Source: Octopus sinensis (taxonomy: Eukaryota). From it: 64,000 nucleotides of DNA. This document shows positions 54,731 through 64,000 of the stretch, piece by piece. The number at the start of each line of letters is the position of its first letter. The stretch's first letter is position 1. The translations under genes and the position numbers were made by a program. The DNA lies in assembly GCF_006345805.1 (NCBI RefSeq), contig NW_021832127.1:62001-126000 (forward strand), in the 5' to 3' direction. The notes below the pieces were generated by a model that was given only the letters and a program-made list of their open reading frames with translations, was not told the origin of the DNA and did no database searches.

Positions 54731-56480
54731 CTAGAAGACTTCATTTCGGAAACGCTTTCCAACCCCGCTATCACTCTGTTAGAAATTTTTAGGATATCAT
54801 GACATTTTACCGATGAAAAACTTCTTTTTTCTTGAGAAATACATTGAGAGTGAATTGGAAAATAATCGAAAAGTCCTTGAGCCAACCTCCATTCACATAC
54901 CATCATCCACCCTCTATATTGCCATTACTCTCGTATCTACTTTTGAGCCCGTGGGTCATTTCTTGTTATAAATTGACACTTTTCTAGTTTTTTAACCAAG
55001 GCTGATGCTTGTCGCGAATTCACTCCAAGTCTCTCACTAATAGCAGTTGAATTTATTTCTCGCGTTTCAGTTGCCGCCATTAGAACACGTCGAAATAGAC
55101 AGACATTCTAAGCGATGGCATTTTATAATCAACTTTAACAGCCTTCGCACTTAATGAACCAAGAGATCGGTCAGTGCATTCATACTTTTTCAAATCCTAG
55201 AAAATCATTAAAAAATCACACTTTGACATCCGAGAGAGGTTTTTTCTATAAAATTAAAGATATTAAGATAACTTTGGCACAATTATAGCACACGTGGATC
55301 GACGGGGCTTCTTTTTCTTCAATAATTGAGAAACAAATTGCATGTTGCCAATGTTTACAAATATTACAAATTATCATTAGTCCGTCGGCCTGTGGTCGTC
55401 AGTTAAAGAATAATGACCTCTTGAAAACCACAAGGACAGGTTACACCGAGATACGGACTCTCCACACATTCTCCCGTCACTTTATATAAAAAAGGATTGG
55501 TGCTAACATATCGTGTCATTTACAGAAGAGGCAGCAGAATCAAGTGAAATTAAATCAGAGCTTAATGTTTCAAGAGCGGTCGATTTTACAGAAAAACTTA
55601 AAAAATTAAAAAATAAAAAACCCATGCCACGGCTAAAATTTAAAAACTAACAAAAACCGTCTGAACTGAGCCGACGTCAACTGAGATGCAATCTTCAGTG
55701 AATTTATTAAGAAGTTCAGCTGTTGGAATAAATCCTTGTGGTTCATAGTCCACAGGAGTAACTAAAATATACAAATAATTGATTTACTTTCGTCATAATA
55801 GAATAGTTTCATGTTTATTTTTATTTCCGACGGAAGTGGCCCAAGTGTGTGAGTCAGGATTGCGATTGTGCGAACAAGTTTAAATGTTGCGGATTTATTG
55901 TCTATTTCAGAAAATAAAGTTTGTATTCCATCATTTTGGCTGTAAAATTATATTTACTAAAACTAACTTGTAAATGTCTAATCCATTTTCATTAAAATAG
56001 GAAATTTTAAATGTGTATTTTTCAATAATTTTCTAAAAATAACAGGTCAGTGGAAAAATACTTCTGATTTATTTTCGTCGTCTAAAAACTATTTAATTAA
56101 GTTTATTACTATCAAATGTTACCTCTAAGACAATCGCCCTCAACTAGACTATATAATTAAAAAAATACAAATTTTCTGTTTATAGCGTCAAAGCACCCTC
56201 TCAGCCATTTGATGATTTTTTGAGCACTCGGACAATCTGATTTCTCACGGAGAATCTTCAAGTTCAGATCGTCAATAGTATGATCATTGTAGGCGGATTC
56301 GGGGAAAATAGCCCGGTTATATGTAATACTGGATATTGATATTGCTAGTAATTTTTTAAGGAAGATTGTTGATTGGTCTGATTCTTCGATTTTATTTCCA
56401 AAAATTGCATTCTAGTATTTAGGTGATATTATTCAAATAACATTTTCAGTGTATCTAACAACAGTCGGACGTGCACACAT
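54731..56480 (-). CDS. HORMAD: Meiotic HORMA-domain protein (Hop1/HORMAD type) with PHD finger and winged-helix module
   Basis: KKLLAISISSITYNRAIFPE...DDLNLKILRE...KWLRGCFDAI; LGPLPSEIKINMKLFYYDEITPVDYEPQGF; PHD TCPCG...CNICKHWQHAIC...HVCYNC; ISERLGVNSRQASALVKKLEKCQFI; many 20-35 nt introns; last exon tentative. Confidence 0.88.
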
Positions 56481-56743
56481 TGAAATGTTATATTTTTCCC
56501 GCTTTAATGTACTATAATGTATAGAAATATTAAAAATAATAAAAATATTTTAATACATAAACAAATCTATAAATTACTAATTTGAAAGTGGACAATGAGA
56601 CAAAAACTATGATACTATTAAAAACGGGAAACTATTACTGGTGGCACACAATATTCCGCAATTTTTGGGGAATAATGCCGTTTCAAAGATATTTATAAAA
56701 CTACAGAAAACATGACTTTTGAAAAATGCAGGAACTTCAGCCA

Positions 56744-56815
56744 AGTCTGTGAGTCAGGACTTCGATTGTGAGAACAAGTTTAAATGTTGCGGATTCATTG
56801 TCCATTTCAGGAAAT
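56744..56815 (-). repeat. Duplicated HORMA exon fragment upstream of HORMAD
   Basis: High similarity to 55849-55918 (DNESATFKLV.TI..LTH.LG*). Confidence 0.75.
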
Positions 56816-57534
56816 AGGAACTTTCGGCCTCAGATTTCTCAGGTTACACCTTTGTTCTCCCGTTTTTAGATAGGGATTAATAATCCCTTACCCAATGAAG
56901 GCAGACAATAATTAGAATAGTTTTTATTGTTCAAGAAAAACCAAAAACCCAAAGAATAAGAAAAAAATCATTAACGGGGAGATAAAAACAAGGCACCGAA
57001 GTGTCTCTTTTCATGCTAAACCCGATTATAATTATCCAACACAACTTTTCTTCAGGACCATCAGGATCGTGGGCACAGAGGATTCTTGCAAGCCCTCTAG
57101 CCTTTCGTCAAGTTGTATTCCATAAGCCAGTTTCAATGCGAAACATCTTGTTTTTGAACTGTTCGACAAACTATGATTTCGAAAAAAGCTGTTGAAAATT
57201 TCAGTTATTCTCATCGAAAACCAAACTCTAAATTGAAATTACTAATTAATTACGAAAAGGTTAGACAGATTTTATTTTAAGAAATTCTGAAAAACCTAAA
57301 GATGATTAATTGGACGATACGAGGCAGCCGAGCTCTTCAAAGATACGTTTTATAAGCATCATTGCGCTTCATTTATAATTCCTTCACCGTTTTCTATCTC
57401 AAGTATGTGATATCTCAGGACTGCTGTTACTTTTAAAAGCTAGCGATAAATAAATAAAAATAAGGACTCTACAAAATTAAAGCATCATTAATCAATCAAG
57501 TTGTTACAAAAAAGTAAAAGTTAATATTTTTAAA

Positions 57535-58079
57535 TTATTGATTTTTACAAACTCCCAGTAAAATTGCATCAGCCTCTTTCAAGGTTATCCAATGCTTTTC
57601 CCCAAAATTAGCCACTTTTTCATGTTCATTAAGTAGTAAGTATACCTTCGTATTTATTTTAATATTTTCCCTAGAGAAAATAATTAATTTTAATATTAAC
57701 TCGCTTTTAAAAGAATTTTTCACAATTGCGTTAAATTTCCCCCCATAGTCCACATATATATCTGATTTTGTAACAATGGTGACATTTCCAATTAAAATTT
57801 TATTCTTGGGATCACCAAGTCGGATAAATGGTGAACTAGATAAATCAAGTATAGTCAATTAACAATAGAAACTCAATTAAAAACATACTTTCTCAAAAGC
57901 GATATAAAAGATTCATCATTTACAGTTTTTTGATTATTTCCATCATCTTTTATAGACTGAGATGGGTTGGTATTTGTGGATAACATGCATTGCTTAAATA
58001 TATTGGGCAAAAGATATTTCCGCTGAATAAAAATTGATTTCATCAATTTCGTTATATTTGTATCCAAAGCTGTTTTCAT
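57535..58079 (-). CDS. MRPS28: Mitochondrial ribosomal protein S28 (bS1m), 3 exons
   Basis: ESFISLLRNSPFIRLG...KILIGNV...DIYVDYGGKFNAIV...ITLKEADAILLG, preceded by a presequence-like N-terminus. Confidence 0.85.
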
Positions 58080-58524
58080 CTTTTAATAATTTGGAAAATA
58101 ACTCTCAAATCAATGTATGTAATTCAATTATATCACACAAGAAGAACAGACGAAAATTAAACCTGAAATTTCTTTAATATTACTATCTATTAAAACTAAA
58201 TAAAATCAAATTAATCAATTAGTTATTTCCATAATTCTCTAAATAAAAATTTATCTTTTCATTTCCAGGAAGGCAATATCTGGTTTCGGATGTCACCGGT
58301 ATGGACTCCTTCAGATAAGTTAGTTAACTCTGTCTGCTTCGTAAATCAGCGTTGGAGTGCGCCGAGAAAGAAAACTAAACCCGAAATCCGAATTGTCAAA
58401 ACAGTGGAAAATACGAATTTAGGAAAGGAAATATTGTGCCAATTGAGAGCTATAGCATACAATAAAAAAAGTAAAATCCCAAATTAAAAATGTTATAAGA
58501 ATACTTTGATAATATTAATAATAA

Positions 58525-61050
58525 TCATTCTACTAGATCAGCATAGTACTGTCCAGACTCCATAGACACATGCCTACTTGTCAAATAGTATGTCGGCGAG
58601 TTGACGATATCAATTTCTACTCCAGCAATGGTGGCTGAAATTGTCTTGAAGGAAGATTGTATCCGAGATTTGAATATTTCTCCTGATAATCCAGGAGGAC
58701 AGCTAAAATTTGCTTTCAAAATTCCAGAATCATTATCAACTAATATCTTCCTGGATCCTTCAATAATTCTCCAATTAATACACGAATATTGACAATTCCT
58801 ACAAAAATAAATCGCACAAGACATACCATTCTCCTGCTGGTATTGAAGAAACGTAATTAAACAGCGTCTTTGGAGGAAAAACCAGAGAGACCTGAAGAAA
58901 ATCCAGTCTAGTATCAGTTCTAATCTTATAAAATATTTCCACAGAGCATCCTCCGTCAAAGGTGGAAACATTACACATTATAAGAAGCGGCAACGACGTT
59001 TGAGTTGTATTCTTATTCTACGATAATAAATGTAATAATTAAACTTCATATTTTGCTAAATTAACATAGCACTGTCCATCACTCACGCTTGTATTCAAGT
59101 TTGTTGTCGCATTTCGAATAAACTCAGGGATTATGACTTCTGCCATACGTTCGTTGTTTTTAGAAGATAAAACTTCAGTAGCAATTGAATTATTGAAAGT
59201 AAATGAATTAGTTTCCGGGATTCTTAACAAAAAAGACAACTGTTTCAATTTATTTGGCGATTCACAGAACATTTTGACTTGATTCGTTGTTAGCGAAATG
59301 CTAACAATCCCAGTGACCAAGCTCATGAAAGATTTCCCTGTCACATTTTGTTTTAGATGAATCACTTCAGCCGTTCTAACACCAATAGAAATATTCTGTT
59401 CCGATAAACCAAAATTTGTTTCAACACAATTACGTAATCTGACACTCGGACCTGGTTTTAGTTATATTCTCAAATTTACGTTGTGGGAGAGGCGGTGTGA
59501 TGAATGAACTCACAGAACTTTTACAACCCTCTAACGAGTTTTTAGGATTTATATCAAGACTATTTGAAACAGCTTCAGAATCAACTACAAGTTAGGTCTA
59601 AAAAACAGCACATAGCATATCCCAGGGATCAGTATTAGTATTTTTACCACTTGATATCTCACCGCTATTTTGACCTGAATCCACAGTATTGTTTCTAGAA
59701 AAAGATTGATCGATTGTTTTTTTCTTAAAAATTAAGAATCAAAATATACTTCTGGAGGTTTTATCGAACTGAGGCGACTTGAAGTACTCGACGTACAACC
59801 GTCAGGTTTGGCAGGATTGATATTGACGCTTAGTTTTTTTAAATTGAATTCGCTGTCTTCGCTCTCCGATGACATATCAGAACTTTCTTCCTCAGACGAA
59901 TCAGCAGCATTTTTAATGCTTTTTTTATTTTTTGTACAACATTTAAAATTGGGTTCTTAAAAATAGACAAATTCGTCAAACTTGTCTTTGAATCTGCTGT
60001 GTTCTTCGAAATTTCGTCGTACTTGATTTCCGAATGTTTCAATGGAATCTTTTCTAAAAATACAGAACTCAATTTGATTAACGAGGTTGGGCTACTCCGA
60101 CGGAAAGTGACCGCACAAGACCATCCATCGCGCTTTGAACAGTCGATTCAGTAGTTTTTAAATTCTCAAAATTCTAAAAAGTTAATGTCTCTAGATACTT
60201 TAGACATATCGGAAATACAAGAAATATTTAAATCTCTAATCTCCACAAAAATTTTGGATAAAGATTCTACATAATCGTTCTCAATTTCTTGCGCTTCAGC
60301 CAAAATCTTTTTAACGTTCGGAATAACCTTGTCCAACCGTTTATTATACGATTCGGCCAAAACATTAAATCGGTTTTCTGTCAGTTATTTCAGAAAGTTA
60401 ATTATATTTAATCATAACTTAGGCAAAACCTGCAAAAAGCACACGTTCTGTACATCTCGTCAACTCCTTGGTAGACATATTTTGTCCTTTCTTTTGTTTA
60501 TATTCCTCGAGCCTCTCGCTGATAGATTTTTCGTACTTTTTTGATTTAAAAAATCGAAATTACTTTTTTAATTCGAGCTAATTTCTTTTGCATTTTTGCT
60601 GTTTCGATCATACAGTTATTTACCTTGACCCTAAACTTAAATTTAGGTTAAATCAATCCAAAACTTTTTTATGCACGGCAGAACATTTTGAATTAACTTT
60701 TTGAAGTTTCTCGATGACTATGAGAATTTCCTTATTGAGTTTTGTAAGAGAATTACACCAAATATCATTCATATTGGCAAATGTCTCCATAAACGGAAGA
60801 AAACCACTGTTGCATTTTCGAATATGTTAAACCTAATAAAGTCACAGCTTCTCAAAGTCGCAGATCTTTTCGAATAATTTTTTATCATGGAATCAATATT
60901 CATAGAGCTATAAAAATATCATATAGTTTTATTCCGAACCATTCTCGGCAATAATTGATCAATTCTTCAACAATAAGTGGTTGGTTCTTTATTGGATAGC
61001 AAAAAATCTCTACATGTCTCCAATTCCCGTTCTTTAAATATAATTATTAA
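58525..61050 (-). CDS. FCHO: FCHO/muniscin endocytic adaptor (F-BAR + mu-homology domain); 5' end approximate
   Basis: MHD-like VTGIVSISL, CYVNLAKYEV, PLLIM...VEIFYK...IPAGEW, INWRI...GILKANF...TIAGVEIDIV...SGQYYAD; coiled-coil F-BAR-like segments at 60166-60960. Confidence 0.72.
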
Positions 61051-61838
61051 TCAAATTATATTTATAGAATGTATAATTTTTTAAATATATAATTTTACCG
61101 ACCTAATAGCATCATTCAAAATTATAATTAAAAAAATATCATCAGACTATAAACATACCCAGAAATTATCTTCAAATTTGGAAGACATTTGGCACAAATT
61201 ATCTATAAATGATTTAATCTATGAATAATTTATCCAAGAATAAGAATATAAATAAAATTATTAATAATAGTTCAATAGAGTAAACCTAGGTAAGACCGAA
61301 AAATTAATTTTTTAAATGGGTCATACCACAATGAAGACAAAAGGAATTATTTTATTATTTTTAATAATCAGTATAATAAAAAAATAAAATTTATTAAACA
61401 TAAAATATATTTATATTAGAAATTAGTATCATTTAACTAATTTATTTTAGAATACTTCTGTTTATAAACAATATAACATTTCACGGATTTTTAATTAACC
61501 AAAAAATAATGTGAAGGACGTATAAAGCCAATAAAAATTTGAGGCTTTGAAAAAACCACAAAATTAAATTCTGAAAACCAACCGTCTTTTTTTGTCATAA
61601 TATTACATTGAGTTATATTCGATTTTACAAATATACAATCATTGACGGAGATTAGAAATTAACAGATTGTCATATGACTGAGTGCATGAAATATTATCCA
61701 ATTTGTCGTTTTTATTCATTAAAATAGCACTTAAAAACGTCTAGAGTAAAAATTTAGTATTTTTAAGTGCCTCTTTTAAGATGAAAGTTGATTTTATTCA
61801 ATTGAGCAGTTAAGCTGCTAGCGTATTTCGCGTATCTA

Positions 61839-64000
61839 TACCATTTTCAGTTCAAGTTTGACATTTTTTGCACCAATTTTGACAATGCGATATTCAAATT
61901 TGACAATGCGACATTCAATTTTGACACTTTTTACATCAATTTTGAGAATGCAATAAGCAATATTGACATTTTTTACATCGGTTTTGACAATGCGATATTC
62001 AAATTTGACAATGCGACATTCAATTTTGACACTTTTTACATCAATTTTGACTTTTGCCGATTTGTCATTTATTTTATATTTTCTGATTCGTCGTCCCTGT
62101 ACGAATTTTATGTCAAGAAAAAATTCAAGAGTGTCAGAAGGTACAAGAAGAGCACTTATAAATAAGGATGAAGAGGGCGGTGATTATATACAGCTTGCTT
62201 GCGATCTTGGTGTCAAGAGGACAACAGCTATAGCCATTGTAAAAAGTGGAAATCCGTATTTTTGTAAACGTGGAGGTAGAAGGGATGCTACGATAATACT
62301 TACGGATGATGATATGAATTTGATAATTGAAACAATTGAGAATAATCCATCGATAACATTGAAGGAATTACGCAAATTGGTAAATAATAAAGTTTGTATT
62401 GCAACAATAATATTGTTATCGGAAAAACAATACAGGCCTTCAAAAAAGCAACCTTTCGCCTACTGTAAAATTTGGTGGGGGGAAAGTTATGGTCTGGGGC
62501 TGTTTTTCCTATTACGGAATGGGCTCGTTTGCTTTTATACACGGGAATATGAATTCCGCACTTTATATCAACACACTATGTAACCATTTATGGGAATCTG
62601 CAAAAAAATGGAGCTTAGTGACTTTATTTTCAACAAGACATGGCACCATGTCATACTTCCAAGATGACAATGCGATTTTTTCAAGAAAGTAAACCTTTTA
62701 CTATGGGCACCTCAATCACCGGATTTAAATCCGATCGAACATATATGGGCTCATATGAAGAGGGAATTAAACACCTTTCATCCAAAGAATGTTTCGGAAT
62801 TGAAAGAAAAAATCGAAAATATTTGGAACGAAATACCGATTAGTTTTATAAAAAAATTAATCGAAAGCATGCCGAATAGAGCACAAAAGCTTTTTAAGGC
62901 AAAGTAACTTTAAATAATCAAAAATAAAACGGTTTTTTATTGCGTTTGATTTTTTGTTAGTTATAATTTGTTAAGTAAAAATGATTATAAGTTCAAAAAT
63001 AAAAATAAAACTAGTGTTAAAAAATGATAAATTATTCAATTCTTTAATAAAAACAATATAGTTGCATAGTAAATTTTTGATATTTCGAAAAAACGGTTTT
63101 TTTGCACCTAGTGTATATAACCGACTTGATGGGCGATTGATTATTTACAAAATGCTGCGAAGAGAACCAATTTCTAGTATTTTCATTGGATTATCAACGT
63201 AATACAAATAGAAAAATACATTTGAACGAAACAAATTTTAATCTTTTTACGTTAAAAAAATTCGGCCGATCCTTTACAGGATCACGTGCGATAGTTCCAG
63301 TAAGGGCAAGCAAAGGAGTGAATCTTAACGTTATTTTGGCAATTGATGACAATGGAACAATTGTGAGATTTGAATCACACATTGGATCTATAAAATCGAA
63401 ATTTTGCAATTTTATGACGGCATTATCGGACAGTTTAGCTAGAGAGGAAATTATTATTTATATGGATAATGCTCCAATCCATAAAAAACAAGGAAATTTT
63501 GAAGGCGTGAGAGTAGAACATACAATTCAAAGATTTGATGCACCATATTCTCCGCAGCTAAATCCATGCGAAAGCTGTTTTTCGATTATCAAGGCTGGGA
63601 TTAAGAAATATTTATCCAATCACAATAATCCTCATAACGATGTTCATGCAGCAGGAAATGGAACGCTGACGTAATTTCGAGCACTATTATTACAAAATGC
63701 CTTAGAATATTCTATGACAAATCTAACTCGCGAGAAAATACGGAATTTTTACAGAAATGCAGAAAAAATTATTGCGAATTGTACGATTGGGATTCCATTA
63801 ACCTGACCTGATTAATAAATTGTCTTTATTAACTCTCATCTTGATTTAGCCGCATAGAAAAATTCTTATGTGTGTCCGTTATAAAAATATTTGTCAAAAT
63901 TAATTTAAAAAATGTCAAAACTGAATATCGCATTGTCAAAACCAAAGTAAAAAATGTCAATATTGCTTATTGCATTGTCAAAATTGATGCAAAAAATGTC
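61839..64000 (+). mobile_element. Tc1/IS630-like element (D34E spacing) running off the window, interrupted by another Tc1
   Basis: TA + TACCATTTTCAGTTCAA left TIR; HTH region MSRKNSRVSE...NPSITLKEL; MDNAPIH-34 aa-E (PYSPQLNPCE); subterminal tandem repeats at both ends. Confidence 0.88.
62410..63113 (+). mobile_element. Truncated Tc1 inserted in the previous element
   Basis: GGKVMVWGCFSYYG, FQDDNA, SPDLNPIEHIW; right end TTTTTTGCACCTAGTG-TA; host sequence GCAACAATA|TATAACCGAC is contiguous in the 53436 paralog. Confidence 0.82.

Noticed and set aside
55849-55918. Plus-strand reading KCVSQDCDCANKFKCC resembling a WAP domain, repeated at 56744
   Set aside because: The minus strand is a clear HORMA-domain exon; the cysteine pattern is a shadow frame
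58270-58487. Short plus-strand ORF between MRPS28 and FCHO
   Set aside because: No recognisable motif in any frame or splice model; left unannotated
61850-62060. Regularly spaced repeats resembling a CRISPR array
   Set aside because: Degenerate adjacent tandem repeats without unique spacers, subterminal to a Tc1/IS630-like TIR; eukaryotic context, no cas genes

Overview
AT-rich eukaryotic (metazoan) nuclear DNA, not prokaryotic. The adhesion GPCR, PIAS, HORMAD and RAMAC genes plus miniature spliceosomal introns (mostly 22-39 nt, often GTT donors and AAG acceptors) suggest a reduced parasite genome. Myxozoan or dicyemid/orthonectid is an inference, not proven. Host genes reconstructed by hand across introns: ARPC3, METAP2, PIAS (frameshifted), cytosolic thiolase ACAT2, RPS17, a minimal RAMAC, a broken SLC17 transporter, an adhesion GPCR, a meiotic HORMAD with PHD and winged-helix modules, MRPS28 and an FCHO/muniscin. 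By my rough sum 45-50% of the window is transposable elements: about ten copies or fragments of CRE-like RLE retrotransposons, Jockey/I-like and RTE-like LINEs, an R4-like retroelement of microsporidian aspect, five or six hAT elements, a pogo remnant, Tc1/IS630-like elements, a Merlin, a Ginger2-like integrase element and TGT...ACA MITEs with 5-bp TSDs. Highlights: (1) two unrelated TGTCAC-ended MITEs each carry a telomere-like (CCCTAA-type) array and host nested insertions, including a Merlin inside the array; (2) a CRE copy has expanded a 35-nt first intron of RAMAC to 748 nt; (3) DNA-transposon genes carry host-style micro-introns; (4) an identical 44-bp direct repeat brackets the PIAS+ACAT2 gene pair. 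Exon boundaries and family calls come from manual translation and remembered family motifs, not database searches.
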